64,000 nt of DNA from Escherichia coli (GTDB taxonomy: Bacteria > Pseudomonadota > Gammaproteobacteria > Enterobacterales > Enterobacteriaceae). The position numbers and the translations under genes are program-made. Under the pieces are notes generated by a model. That model was not told the origin of the DNA, made no database searches, and saw nothing but the letters and a program-made list of their open reading frames with translations. The stretch lies in assembly GCF_002854065.1 (NCBI RefSeq), contig NZ_CP024147.1; one strand, given 5' to 3'. Every line of letters starts with the position of its first letter. The first letter of the stretch is position 1. Of this stretch, positions 1 through 10,169 are shown one piece after another.

Positions 1-193
1 TGATATTGCCATTCCCGGTCGGTAAACGCTCGATGCTTTCACTGGTGTAATGCGTGTTGCCGTTTACGGGTACAGGGACAGGAGCATAGACCGTCATCTC
101 TTCAAAAACATGCATGTACATGTTTTTGTCATCGACGGCCTGCGCCACATCAGCGCCACATAAAATGACGCCAGGAATAAGAACTCGCTTCAT
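1..193 (-). CDS. yddB: TonB-dependent outer-membrane receptor, 5' end only (continues beyond window start)
   Basis: ATG at 193..191 on minus strand opens a frame running off the window edge; N-terminus MKRVLIPGVILCGADVAQA is signal-peptide-like; position next to yddA matches recalled pqqL-yddB-yddA synteny. Confidence 0.5.
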   Translation of the reverse strand, partial: MKRVLIPGVILCGADVAQAVDDKNMYMHVFEEMTVYAPVPVPVNGNTHYTSESIERLPTGNGNI

Positions 194-230
194 TTATTTA
201 TATCTCCGTACAGCAGGGCTTTTATTGTTT

Positions 231-1916
231 TTATAAAACCGCGCTAATGTCACAAATATCATCTGCCAGGTTCCAGACACCGGGTTGATGTGTAACCATA
301 ATGACGCCGCTTGTGGGTAGTTTTTCACGCACTAAACGCAGTAAGCGGATAGCCTCTTGTTCCTCAAGATGAGAGGTAGTTTCGTCAAGAAATATCCATT
401 TCGGACGTCGTAAAATTAATCGTGCCAGGGCTATACGTTGTTTTTCGCCGCTGGAAAGAATATCTCCCCAGCGATCGTGGTCATGAATACGCGCAGCCAA
501 TTTCCCCAGACCAACCTGATGCAGTACTTCGCTCAAGGATTTATCGTCTACGGGCAGGGGAAGTGCTTTACAAATAATCTCTTTCAGTAAGCCGGTTTTG
601 ATTAACGGTGTTTGTGACACATACCAACTGTCAGCAGGAGAAGAAATATCACCTTTAAACCACGGCCAGCAGTGGGATAATGTTTTAAGCAGTGTGGTTT
701 TTCCCGCACCAGAGTAGCCTTTCAGTAATAGCCATTTGCCTGGCGAAACATGAAAGTTCAAGTTCTCTAATATGATCTTATTATCAGGCGTACGAATACT
801 CGCATCAGCCACTTGTACCGCATGTTGGCAATTTTTAGGCTTATTCGTAGGGCGATGTTCGGTGAGTTGATGGAACTCATACAAGCGATCGATAACCGCA
901 GCCAGTTCAGCAAGTTCGTCATATTTATAAATAAACCAGCTTAAATTGTTCGATACCAGCATAAAGGCCTGGCGCGATTTCATCAGTCCGCCCAGATTGA
1001 TCTGTCCGCTAATAAACTGTGGCAATAACAGTAAGTAGGGAAGAACGCTAAGCGAGCGCGAATAAATATTCTGCCAGTAATCAAGCCACCGCTGACGATT
1101 CATTAAACGATGCCAGTTCTCTTTAATGGTATGAAAATTGTCGCTCAACTCCTGGCGTTGTAGAGACTCAGCATTGCTTAGCGCAATCAGTTCTGCCTGT
1201 TTATTATGCTGCACAAGATTAGTTCGAAATGTCGCTTCGCTACGTTGTTTTTCCACATTAAGCGGACGAATACGTTTACCCACCTTATGGGTAAATAAAG
1301 TTCCACCGATCACAATGAGCACGACGGTATAGACCATATACCCCTGGATATTCCATTCTGTTCCACCAACAGTGAATGAGAGCGTACCCGCGCTTTGCCA
1401 AAGAATAATGGTAAAGGTGATCAGCATGCTAAGTGACTGGATGAAGCCAAATGAAAGACTGAGCGTTTTGCTGATCAGTAAGAGAATGTCTTCAGCGATA
1501 CGTTGGTCAGGGTTATCTGTATTTTTATGCTCGCCGTAGATCTGCGTGAAGTAGTAGTTTTTATCTGCAAACCACCGATTAAGGTAGTAATCTGTTAACC
1601 ATTCGCGCCAGCGAATAGTCAGCAGTTTAATTAACCATGTTTTGTTTACTGATATTAATACAAAGATCCCCAGCAGGGCAGGGAACCAAAGGACAAGCTG
1701 CCAAAGCTTATCGGTTTCTTTCTGGCTTAGCGCATTGAAAAAATCATTATTCCAGTCGTTTAACCAGACCTGAATTTTAACCACGCCAAGGATCATGGCG
1801 AGGATAATAATGATTAACAACACTGAAGTTTTATTATTCTTACGCAGCCAAAAGGGCTTCAGCAGACAGAGATACTTTGCTATCAACATACAAAACGTAA
1901 TGGGAATGGTTATCAT
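231..1916 (-). CDS. yddA: fused permease/ATPase ABC transporter
   Basis: 561-aa ORF; N-terminal hydrophobic domain, Walker A GYSGAGKTT, ABC signature LSSGEKQRIALARL, Walker B IFLDETTS. Confidence 0.85.
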   Translation of the reverse strand: MITIPITFCMLIAKYLCLLKPFWLRKNNKTSVLLIIIILAMILGVVKIQVWLNDWNNDFFNALSQKETDKLWQLVLWFPALLGIFVLISVNKTWLIKLLTIRWREWLTDYYLNRWFADKNYYFTQIYGEHKNTDNPDQRIAEDILLLISKTLSLSFGFIQSLSMLITFTIILWQSAGTLSFTVGGTEWNIQGYMVYTVVLIVIGGTLFTHKVGKRIRPLNVEKQRSEATFRTNLVQHNKQAELIALSNAESLQRQELSDNFHTIKENWHRLMNRQRWLDYWQNIYSRSLSVLPYLLLLPQFISGQINLGGLMKSRQAFMLVSNNLSWFIYKYDELAELAAVIDRLYEFHQLTEHRPTNKPKNCQHAVQVADASIRTPDNKIILENLNFHVSPGKWLLLKGYSGAGKTTLLKTLSHCWPWFKGDISSPADSWYVSQTPLIKTGLLKEIICKALPLPVDDKSLSEVLHQVGLGKLAARIHDHDRWGDILSSGEKQRIALARLILRRPKWIFLDETTSHLEEQEAIRLLRLVREKLPTSGVIMVTHQPGVWNLADDICDISAVL

Positions 1917-2205
1917 TAGCGAAAATTGATTGTGCCATCCAATGATTATCTATGGCAATGATTTACTGATGAAATTTATTTAAGTATCATTTAACAATAT
2001 GAAATATATAGAAATATTTAATTTTCAGTGGTTATGGTTATGCTATTGATAATCAAGGGTATTGCTAATGCCCTGACGCATACCACGTATGCCAGGATTT
2101 TCGCAAGGGAAGATGATATGACGAAACACCCAACAGGAATTTATGTCGGGTGTCTTGTTAAGGCCATAAGAAGGAGGCTAAGACTGGAGCAAAGAGGGAG
2201 CGTTA

Positions 2206-3363
2206 TTAATTATTCTCCATTTGTTTTGCAACATCCATAATGTGGTAAAGCGGTACTCTGTTCTTAGCTAACTCCACCATGGCGTTCATATAAGGTACCA
2301 TGGTTGAAAAAAGGATTTTATAACCTTCGCAAAAATAAGAAACAGTCTCATTGTTTACTTTAGTAATACGATGCTTAGGACAACCGCCATTGCAGATAGG
2401 TTTATATACACATTTCAGACATTTCGCTGAAATCCGTTTTTTTTGCGCTGTCAGTTGTACACTGTTCGTCGTTTTGAGTTCAGATTTATTAATGTTTCCA
2501 ATTTTGTACTGTGGATAGACAAAATGGTCGCATTCGTAAATGTCTCCATTACTTTCAACAACCAGATTATCCTTGCAGGACTCCTGGAAAATACAACTGG
2601 TATGCCCATTCCCCAAAAAACGGCTGACAAAGCTTTCAAACTGACGGATGAAAATTTCACCCACATCGTTTTTAACCCATTGCATAAAAATGGTTGACAT
2701 AAACTTGCCATAAGCCGTGGGAGGCACAGAAAAATCAATGATGCGGAATGTGTTCTCACTATGACCACTGAAATCAATATTCGGCGTCCCGGTTTCGAGC
2801 AATTCGATAAATTGCATATGTTTACTGCCGATAGATTTTAAAAAATGATAAACCTCAAGAGGGTAATGGACATTAACGTTATTAATGACGGTTAACGTAT
2901 TAAACTCTACTTGATATGATTTCAGACGCTCGATGGCTGCTATCACTTTTGCAAAAGTACCGTTACCTGAATTACTGCGTCTGTAACGGTCATGTAGCTC
3001 CTGGGGTCCATCGATCGAGATACCAACCAGAAACTCATGTTCTTTGAGAAAGGCACACCATTCATTATTCAATAAAATGCCATTCGTTTGTAATGCATTA
3101 AAAATACGTTTTTGGCCTGCATAGCGTTGTTGATAGTGAATAACTTTACGGAAAAAATCCAGGCCAGCCAGAGTGGGTTCACCGCCTTGCCAGGTAAAAT
3201 AGACCTGATTGCCAGACGCTGCGATATATTGTTTGATGAACTCTTTCAGAGTGCTGTCATCCATCCATTTTTCATGAGTAAACTGCGACTCTTTTTCAAG
3301 GTAAAAACAGTAATCACATTTGAGATTACATTGAAAACTGTAGGGCTTGGCTGTAACGTGCAT
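2206..3363 (-). CDS. ydeM: radical-SAM anaerobic sulfatase-maturating enzyme homologue
   Basis: ORF 2206..3378; CxxxCxxC radical-SAM motif CNLKCDYC near N-terminus and C-terminal Cys clusters; start placed at second Met to give the recalled 385 aa (alternative start 3378). Confidence 0.8.
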   Translation of the reverse strand: MHVTAKPYSFQCNLKCDYCFYLEKESQFTHEKWMDDSTLKEFIKQYIAASGNQVYFTWQGGEPTLAGLDFFRKVIHYQQRYAGQKRIFNALQTNGILLNNEWCAFLKEHEFLVGISIDGPQELHDRYRRSNSGNGTFAKVIAAIERLKSYQVEFNTLTVINNVNVHYPLEVYHFLKSIGSKHMQFIELLETGTPNIDFSGHSENTFRIIDFSVPPTAYGKFMSTIFMQWVKNDVGEIFIRQFESFVSRFLGNGHTSCIFQESCKDNLVVESNGDIYECDHFVYPQYKIGNINKSELKTTNSVQLTAQKKRISAKCLKCVYKPICNGGCPKHRITKVNNETVSYFCEGYKILFSTMVPYMNAMVELAKNRVPLYHIMDVAKQMENN

Positions 3364-3414
3364 CGCTATCTCGCTCAATAAGGCGGCGGAAAAATCCGCC
3401 GCATGAAGGTTTAG

Positions 3415-5097
3415 TTATTTCGCTTCGCTTAGTGCTTTCTTGATATTGTTAAACTTCTCCTGATTTACCTCGCTAAGCGGTGGCTGGCTGCTGTCGATAA
3501 ACTCTCTTACCACGCCTTGCATCTCTTTAACGACCTGCGGATTGGCGGCGGCAAGGTTATCTTTTTGCTGTAGATCCGTCAGTTTGTAGAGACCTAACTG
3601 ATTGTTTTCTACTGTATAGACAAGCGAATAATCGTTATTTCTCACCGTATAAGAGAATTGGCTTAAGTCCTCAGTGTTGGGGTTATGCGGGTAATCGTCT
3701 GACTGATGACGGACAAATTTGTGGTAATTATCCCAGAATGGAATATTTTCCTCATCAAACCAGTGAGAATAAGAGGTTATCCAGGTCAGATTTTTATGTG
3801 GCTCGCCTTGTTTCTTATCTTGCAACCAGGGCAGCAAGGAAACGCCATCCAGCTTAAGGTCTTTTGGAATGCTGATATCGGCTGCATCAAGAGCTGTCGG
3901 GTAGAAATCCATTGCGGAAATCAGCTTGTCATAATTACCGGGTTGAAGTTTTCCTTTCCACCACATAAACATTGGGGTGTGAGTACCGCCAGGATAGGTC
4001 TGACTCTTATAGCCTTTTTGCGCCCCGTTCAGCGGCAGAGGGCCATCGATAACCGCACCATTATCGGAGGTAAAGAGAATAATTGTATTGTCATACTGTC
4101 CGTTTTTCTTCAGTTGTTCGAGAATGCGTTTTACACCCTGATCAACAGAATAAACGGAAGCGTAGTAGTTATCTGCTGTTTGACTACCGGTATTAAATTG
4201 CTTCTGATATTGCTCCGGTGCAGGATTATCATTTGGCAGGTGCGGAGCATTATAAGCCAGGTAAAGCATAAAAGGCTGGTCAAGTGTTTTGGCACGATCA
4301 ACAACGCCAATTGCCTCATCGGTTAACTGATCGCTGATATAACCTTTTGCGGGGACACGTTCACGATTTTTGAACAGTGAAGGGGAGTTGTAATATGCCG
4401 TTCCTGCAGCGTGGAATCCCATAAAGTAATCAAAGCCACGGTTTTGCGGTTGCCATTCTTCCGCAGAAAATGTGGTGAAGTTGTCATGATAGTCACGTGT
4501 TTGTTTATCTTCCGGTACCGGCACATTACTGATTTTTGACAAGTGCCATTTACCTACTGCTGCAGTGTAATAACCATGATTCTGGAATAATTCAGGCAAG
4601 AAAGTTTCTGTGAGCGGAATACCATCCTGAGCATCGGTATTGGAATAGACACCAAAGCGGGCGGGAGCTCGACCGGTCATTATTGCGGCGCGGGAGGGGC
4701 CGGAAACACCGTGTGCCACATAGCCGTTAGTAAAACGTACGCCTTCATCCATTAATGAAAGGAGCGTCGGCGTTGATTTTTGTGCAGCTTCAATGGCTTT
4801 ATCTATCCCTATTTTGTAGGTATCGACAACTTCACGATTTTCCATTGTTTTTGGGTCAAAAGATCCCTTATCAAAAGGAAGTTGTCCATAACCAAGATCA
4901 TCCATGGTCAGTACGATAATATTTGGCTTTCCTTTGGTACTGTATTCAGTCGGCGTAAAGTCTGAGAAAGCAACGTTTGTTTTGGTTGCTTTCAGCTTTA
5001 CATCATCTGCCGCATGAGCAGCAAATGCAGCCATACCAGATGCCAGTATCAAAGATATCGAGGTACTTACGACACTTTTCTTTAATGCAGACTTCAT
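3415..5097 (-). CDS. ydeN: Ser-type sulfatase (secreted)
   Basis: ORF 3415..5130; signal peptide after MKSALKK; sulfatase active-site motif SGPSR (S-x-P-x-R); start chosen at Met giving 560 aa. Confidence 0.85.
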   Translation of the reverse strand: MKSALKKSVVSTSISLILASGMAAFAAHAADDVKLKATKTNVAFSDFTPTEYSTKGKPNIIVLTMDDLGYGQLPFDKGSFDPKTMENREVVDTYKIGIDKAIEAAQKSTPTLLSLMDEGVRFTNGYVAHGVSGPSRAAIMTGRAPARFGVYSNTDAQDGIPLTETFLPELFQNHGYYTAAVGKWHLSKISNVPVPEDKQTRDYHDNFTTFSAEEWQPQNRGFDYFMGFHAAGTAYYNSPSLFKNRERVPAKGYISDQLTDEAIGVVDRAKTLDQPFMLYLAYNAPHLPNDNPAPEQYQKQFNTGSQTADNYYASVYSVDQGVKRILEQLKKNGQYDNTIILFTSDNGAVIDGPLPLNGAQKGYKSQTYPGGTHTPMFMWWKGKLQPGNYDKLISAMDFYPTALDAADISIPKDLKLDGVSLLPWLQDKKQGEPHKNLTWITSYSHWFDEENIPFWDNYHKFVRHQSDDYPHNPNTEDLSQFSYTVRNNDYSLVYTVENNQLGLYKLTDLQQKDNLAAANPQVVKEMQGVVREFIDSSQPPLSEVNQEKFNNIKKALSEAK

Positions 5098-5417
5098 AAA
5101 TGTTCCTCTTCTTATTGTACTTAATTCCAAAGTAATTTTACGAAGAGAAATAAGTGGATGTAAGTGAAGTTAGTCACATAAAGAGATAGCAGATTTAGCT
5201 AAAAAAAGGGAAATAACAGTCCATAAAGCGTTGACATTACTTTCTGTTCTACTAAGTAATTTCTCGCCGATAAACAACTAATCTATTGATATTTAATAAA
5301 TTATTGTATTTTACTGACAAAATGCCGAATTGAGATCATAAATAATCATGCAATAGGTTATGCAAATGCATAAATATGTGATGAATGTCACTTATTTATT
5401 TCAATAAATATATCGCC

Positions 5418-5450
5418 TAAAAACAACGCGGGGCAAGGAATGGCTGCCCC
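5418..5450 (-). terminator. rho-independent terminator-like hairpin (GGGGCAGCCATTCCTTGCCCC then T-run on minus strand), probably the original ydeO terminator now separated from ydeO by IS1
   Basis: GC stem 5430..5450 followed on the minus strand by a T-rich tract; lies just downstream of where ydeO would have ended before IS1 insertion. Confidence 0.4.
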
Positions 5451-5520
5451 ATTTAATTCTTACGTAGCGTGTGTGGTTGACTACCCGTTAGCAAATAATC
5501 AAATAGCTAAAGCACTCATC

Positions 5521-5529
5521 GTGTTGTCC
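5521..5529. repeat. 9-bp target-site duplication GTGTTGTCC (left copy) of IS1 copy 1
   Basis: identical 9-mer at 5521..5529 and 6298..6306 immediately flanking the IS1 ends. Confidence 0.9.
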
Positions 5530-5544
5530 GGTAATGACTCCAAC

Positions 5545-6048
5545 TTATTGATAGTGTTTTATGTTCAGATAATGCCCGATGACTTTGTCATGCAGCTCCA
5601 CCGATTTTGAGAACGACAGCGACTTCCGTCCCAGCCGTGCCAGGTGCTGCCTCAGATTCAGGTTATGCCGCTCAATTCGCTGCGTATATCGCTTGCTGAT
5701 TACGTGCAGCTTTCCCTTCAGGCGGGATTCATACAGCGGCCAGCCATCCGTCATCCATATCACCACGTCAAAGGGTGACAGCAGGCTCATAAGACGCCCC
5801 AGCGTCGCCATAGTGCGTTCACCGAATACGTGCGCAACAACCGTCTTCCGGAGCCTGTCATACGCGTAAAACAGCCAGCGCTGGCGCGATTTAGCCCCGA
5901 CGTATCCCCACTGTTCGTCCATTTCCGCGCAGACGATGACGTCACTGCCCGGCTGTATGCGCGAGGTTACCGACTGCGGCCTGAGTTTTTTAAATGGCGG
6001 AAAATCGTGTTGAGGCCAACGCCCATAATGCGGGCGGTTGCCCGGCAT
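5545..6048 (-). CDS. insB: IS1 InsB frame (transposase made as InsAB' by -1 frameshift)
   Basis: 167-aa [19 protein letters not shown]... identical in both IS1 copies; overlaps insA in the -1 frame. Confidence 0.9.
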   Translation of the reverse strand: MPGNRPHYGRWPQHDFPPFKKLRPQSVTSRIQPGSDVIVCAEMDEQWGYVGAKSRQRWLFYAYDRLRKTVVAHVFGERTMATLGRLMSLLSPFDVVIWMTDGWPLYESRLKGKLHVISKRYTQRIERHNLNLRQHLARLGRKSLSFSKSVELHDKVIGHYLNIKHYQ

Positions 6049-6242
6049 CCAACGCCATTCATGGCCATATCAATGATTTTCTGGTGCGTACCGGGTTGAG
6101 AAGCGGTGTAAGTGAACTGCAGTTGCCATGTTTTACGGCAGTGAGAGCAGAGATAGCGCTGATGTCCGGCAGTGCTTTTGCCGTTACGCACCACCCCGTC
6201 AGTAGCTGAACAGGAGGGACAGCTGATAGAAACAGAAGCCAC
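5967..6242 (-). CDS. insA: IS1 InsA (zinc-finger transposition inhibitor)
   Basis: 91-aa [42 protein letters not shown] with CxxC...CxxC. Confidence 0.9.
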   Translation of the reverse strand: MASVSISCPSCSATDGVVRNGKSTAGHQRYLCSHCRKTWQLQFTYTASQPGTHQKIIDMAMNGVGCRATARIMGVGLNTIFRHLKNSGRSR

Positions 6243-6275
6243 TGGAGCACCTCAAAAACACCATCATACACTAAA

Positions 6276-7037
6276 TCAGTAAGTTGGCAGCATCACCGTG
6301 TTGTCCGTGTTCATACCGGTGTGCCTTTGACAACGGTACTCCTTAGAAACTCTCTTCGGACTGTTGCCGAAATGTTTGCGGAACGCATAAATAAAATAAG
6401 ATGTACTGGCATAACCACATTGTTCGGCAATTTTATTGACTGAACCTTCTACGCGTATCAAATTTTTTGCGTGCTGCATTCTGGCATCTAAAAGAATCTG
6501 TGAGAATGTCGTTTGCTCTTGCTTAAGTTTTTTCTTCAACAGGCTTTCACTGATGTACAGGCAGTCACAAATATCTTTCAGCTTCCATGGGTGCGCCAGC
6601 TTCATGTTGACAATATTTCTCACTTTCCCGGAAACGGATAGCACACCGTTAGTTAATAGTGTAATGAAACCTTTGCATGCGGCAAAAATAGACAGGCAAG
6701 AAAAAAGCAAAAGTTCTGAAAAATTATGATGATTGCGTTCTTCCGAGTTGAGATAAGCAATCATTTCATTAAGCAATCCAGTCGGTACATTAGAAGCACG
6801 TAAAAACTTCGCAGGAACAGGCACCGTCACTGTCTGGATGTTAGTGCATTGTAGATATTTTTTAATGGTATTTTCATTAAATCCGATTTCTTTAAAATGC
6901 CGCTCATAAGGTTCAAAATGCGTACGAACAGCGTTATCTACCATCAGGATCTCGCCGTCAGAGAAGGCGTAATCTTTATCTAAAATGTTAGCGTTGAAGG
7001 CATGATGAATAAATATAACAGAACAAACGAGCGACAT
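6276..7037 (-). CDS. ydeO: AraC-family acid-resistance regulator; last 6 codons and stop supplied by the IS1 terminus
   Basis: 253-aa ORF with C-terminal AraC HTH region; reading frame crosses the IS1 junction at 6297/6298 and ends ...NTVMLPTY inside the IS1 end. Confidence 0.85.
   Translation of the reverse strand: MSLVCSVIFIHHAFNANILDKDYAFSDGEILMVDNAVRTHFEPYERHFKEIGFNENTIKKYLQCTNIQTVTVPVPAKFLRASNVPTGLLNEMIAYLNSEERNHHNFSELLLFSCLSIFAACKGFITLLTNGVLSVSGKVRNIVNMKLAHPWKLKDICDCLYISESLLKKKLKQEQTTFSQILLDARMQHAKNLIRVEGSVNKIAEQCGYASTSYFIYAFRKHFGNSPKRVSKEYRCQRHTGMNTDNTVMLPTY
6298..6306. repeat. 9-bp target-site duplication GTGTTGTCC (right copy) of IS1 copy 1, inside ydeO coding sequence
   Basis: identical to 5521..5529. 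Confidence 0.9.
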
Positions 7038-7111
7038 TTTATCTCCTTAAAACAATAAAGTTTTTATCGATACTTTTTTAACATTTCATATTTATAATTT
7101 GCTGTTTATTT

Positions 7112-7309
7112 TCAGTCTTGCAAACTATTGATAATGAAATGTGTAAGATCTCTTGCAATGCGACCCATTTCTGAAATGCCCAGCTGATCAATTGCCGAAA
7201 AAATGGCTATCAACGTAAGGGTCAGTAATAAGACAACCACAATTACAAACATGATTTCTTTATAGTTGTCTCTTTGCGTGATTTTGTTTTTCACTGTGGT
7301 CGAATGCAT
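7112..7309 (-). CDS. safA: small membrane protein connecting EvgS/EvgA to PhoQ/PhoP
   Basis: 65-aa ORF with one hydrophobic helix FVIVVVLLLTLTLIAIFSAI; immediately upstream of ydeO as in the safA-ydeO operon. Confidence 0.8.
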   Translation of the reverse strand: MHSTTVKNKITQRDNYKEIMFVIVVVLLLTLTLIAIFSAIDQLGISEMGRIARDLTHFIINSLQD

Positions 7310-7420
7310 TTCAAATATGTTTATTTAGCGGATAACGTTAAAAATCGTTAATCAGTATGCTTAATATAACAGGCTGGAGAAAAGAGGAAATAGGACTGGT
7401 GCTTCAGTACTGAGCGGAGT

Positions 7421-7438
7421 TTCTTACAGCTGTAGGCA
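7421..7438. promoter_or_regulatory. EvgA-box-like 18-bp motif TTCTTACAGCTGTAGGCA upstream of safA
   Basis: near-dyad motif, nearly identical to the one at 10080..10097 upstream of ydeP; resembles recalled EvgA box TTCPyTACA...TGTAPuGAA. Confidence 0.5.
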
Positions 7439-7556
7439 GAAGTTTATATCTTATAGTATGTAGTTTAATTTAATCCATGTGAGCAAATTGCGCGATAATA
7501 GTCAATGAGGAATTCTTCTGCTGTGCGGATGACAGCAGAAGAAATGAGAAGAGGCA

Positions 7557-9836
7557 TTAATTTGATGGTTCTAATTCAACCGGAATACTTTTATAGCCAG
7601 GAATGCCACTTAATGGATCGTGGTTATCAAGTGTTAGCATGTGATTCGATTCTGGAAAATAGGTCACCAGTGAGCGGTCAGCCATAGGGTAAATGACCAC
7701 TTTTAATCTATCCATGCGGCGTGAGCTGCGCTTACCGTCTGGCGTAAGCGCAATAAGATTAACTCTTTCGCCGTTTTTTACACGGCAAATTTTAGCTTGT
7801 TTAGCACTCATAAAGACCACATCTCGTTGACCGAATACCCCTCGATAACGATCATCCATACCATAAATCGTCGTGTTGTACTGATCGTGACTGCGTACTG
7901 TCGCCATGACCAGCTTACTGTTAAACGCTGAAGAGGGATCTTCTAACAGCCCTTTGCTGGTAATGAAATTAGCCTTACCTGACGGCGTCATCCAGCGCCT
8001 TTCAGCAGCTGCATTTATCAGGTGAAAACCTCCAGGATGTCGGATGCGCTGGTTATAATCGGCGAACTCTGGCAGCACAGCTTCAATGTCATTGCGAATG
8101 CGATCATAATCTTCCACCAGATACTCCCAGGCTACCACGCTCTGGGGTAGTGCTGCCTGCGCGATTCCCGCGACCACTGCACACTCTGATTTCAGCATTA
8201 CATCGGCGGGTTTTAACACGCCACGCGAGGCATGAATCATCGACATTGAATCCTCAACGGTTACCGCCTGCGCACCGCTTTTTTGCATGTCAATCTCGCT
8301 ACGTCCCAGAACCGGCAGAATATAGCTATGCCGTGCGGTCAGCAGATGAGAGCGGTTAAGCTTAGTGGCTACGTGTACCGCCAGATCTAATTGCGTTAAC
8401 GGTACAGCGCTCGCTTCCCGATCTGGCATTGCCAGTGCAAAGTTGCCCCCCATGCAGATCAATGCTCGAGCCTGCCCTGAACATATTGCTTGCATGCTGG
8501 CAATTGCAGCATGTCCAGGTGCTTGAGGTGGTGTGAAGCCATAGCGCTCACCCAGGCGAGCCAGAAACTCTGCAGACGGTTTCTCGGTGATACCGACGGT
8601 TCGGTCGCCCTGTACATTAGAGTGGCCACGTAGTGGGCAGATACCCGCACCAGGCTTGCCAATGTTACCTTTCATCAACAGCAGATTGACCAGTTGCTGT
8701 ACATTCTGGGTACCATGTTCGTGCTGAGTGATCCCCATTCCGTAACAGATAATGGTGCGTTCGGCAGCGGCATATGCATCAGCCAGTTCGGCGATTTGTG
8801 TCTGACTTAGTCCAGAAATACGTTCGATATCTTTCCACTCGGAATTGAGAACGTCACGGCGTAGCTCGTCAAAGCCGACGGTATGCGTTTGAATAAATTC
8901 GTCATCCAGCAATGAGGGCCGACCTGCGGCACTTGCAGCATCATCGCGCTCAATTAACAGGCGCATCATCCCCTTGAGCAACGCCATATCGCCACCAATG
9001 CGCACGTTGTAGTAGGCACTGGCCAACTGAGTCTCAGAGTTCGTCAGCATTTCAAACGGGTTTTGCGGTGCGGTAAATCGCTCCAGGCCACGTTCCTGTA
9101 GAGGATTGATGGCGATCATTTTCGCTCCCCGTTTCACTAAAGCGCGCAACGAAGTCAGCATGCGAGGGTGGTTTGTACCAGGGTTATGCCCAATGCAAAT
9201 GACTAAATCGCACTTCTCAAAGTCTTCCAGCAACACGGTCCCTTTACCTACACCGATACTCGCTGCCAAACCCACGCTTGTCGGTTCATGGCACATGTTG
9301 GAGCAGTCGGGAAAGTTATTGCTCCCGTATTCACGGGCAAAAAGCTGATAAAGAAAGGCAGCTTCATTGGAAGTGCGGCCCGAAGTATAGAATTCAACCT
9401 GATTGGGATCACTATAGCTTTGAAGGCGTGCGCCAATTTCATTGAAAGCTTGTTGCCAGCTTAATGGCTTGTAACAGTCGCTGACGGCATCATATTTCAA
9501 AGGCTGAGTGAGTCGCCCCGCAGCCTCAAGCTCGTGGTCTCCCCAGGTAAGTAATGATTGAACCGTATTCTCAGCAAAGAAAGAGGCGTTTACCTGCTTA
9601 TCCGTGACTTCCCAGGCGATTGCTTTTGCGCCGTTTTCACAAATGTCGAATGACGCACTGTGCTTAGGATCTGGCCATGCACAACCCGGACAGTCAAAGC
9701 CCTCTGGCTTATTCATGTCAAACATGGCAATAACATCCTGGCGTATATCCATCTGCTTACGTACTGCATTCGCTACGGATTTAACAGCACCCCAACCACC
9801 GGCAGCACCCTGGTAGGATTCAATTTTTTTCTTCAT
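7557..9836 (-). CDS. ydeP: molybdopterin-oxidoreductase-like acid-resistance protein
   Basis: 759-aa ORF; N-terminal Cys cluster CPGCAWPDP and formate-dehydrogenase-like composition. Confidence 0.85.
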   Translation of the reverse strand: MKKKIESYQGAAGGWGAVKSVANAVRKQMDIRQDVIAMFDMNKPEGFDCPGCAWPDPKHSASFDICENGAKAIAWEVTDKQVNASFFAENTVQSLLTWGDHELEAAGRLTQPLKYDAVSDCYKPLSWQQAFNEIGARLQSYSDPNQVEFYTSGRTSNEAAFLYQLFAREYGSNNFPDCSNMCHEPTSVGLAASIGVGKGTVLLEDFEKCDLVICIGHNPGTNHPRMLTSLRALVKRGAKMIAINPLQERGLERFTAPQNPFEMLTNSETQLASAYYNVRIGGDMALLKGMMRLLIERDDAASAAGRPSLLDDEFIQTHTVGFDELRRDVLNSEWKDIERISGLSQTQIAELADAYAAAERTIICYGMGITQHEHGTQNVQQLVNLLLMKGNIGKPGAGICPLRGHSNVQGDRTVGITEKPSAEFLARLGERYGFTPPQAPGHAAIASMQAICSGQARALICMGGNFALAMPDREASAVPLTQLDLAVHVATKLNRSHLLTARHSYILPVLGRSEIDMQKSGAQAVTVEDSMSMIHASRGVLKPADVMLKSECAVVAGIAQAALPQSVVAWEYLVEDYDRIRNDIEAVLPEFADYNQRIRHPGGFHLINAAAERRWMTPSGKANFITSKGLLEDPSSAFNSKLVMATVRSHDQYNTTIYGMDDRYRGVFGQRDVVFMSAKQAKICRVKNGERVNLIALTPDGKRSSRRMDRLKVVIYPMADRSLVTYFPESNHMLTLDNHDPLSGIPGYKSIPVELEPSN

Positions 9837-10079
9837 CTACTTATCCTGTGTGGAAATGAATTATTAGGATTTGTAATAGCGATGATGCACAGTACATACA
9901 AAGGGATTATCGCCAACATGGATATATAAGAGTAGGGGACTACTCTCTTTCTATTTTTAATCTATTATCGTTAAACCATAGATTAAATACGATAAGGTAA
10001 GCATCATCTCTCATAGTGTTTAAATTAACATATTTTTCAATATAAAAAATAAGACTCTGGCTTCAATTGTGCGCGGATT

Positions 10080-10097
10080 TTCTTACAGGTGTAGGAT
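10080..10097. promoter_or_regulatory. EvgA-box-like 18-bp motif TTCTTACAGGTGTAGGAT upstream of ydeP
   Basis: shares TTCTTACAG-N-TGTAGG with the safA upstream motif; embedded between GCGCGGAT/ATCCGCGC inverted repeats. Confidence 0.5.
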
Positions 10098-10169
10098 AAT
10101 AGCTTTCACAAAATAATTATCCGCGCAATTTTCGTGAATGGAGCGCATAGACTAAGGTCAAAATCACAA

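Larger units (their letters stand above)
5530..6297 (-). mobile_element. IS1 insertion sequence, copy 1 (768 bp)
   Basis: terminal inverted repeats GGTAATGACTCCAACTTATTGAT (5530..) and GGTGATGCTGCCAACTTACTGAT (inverted, ..6297); insA and insB frames; flanked by 9-bp direct repeat. Confidence 0.95.

Noticed and set aside
3706-4326. 206-aa plus-strand ORF antisense to ydeN
   Set aside because: Completely contained within the well-supported sulfatase gene on the opposite strand; no motif or RBS support.
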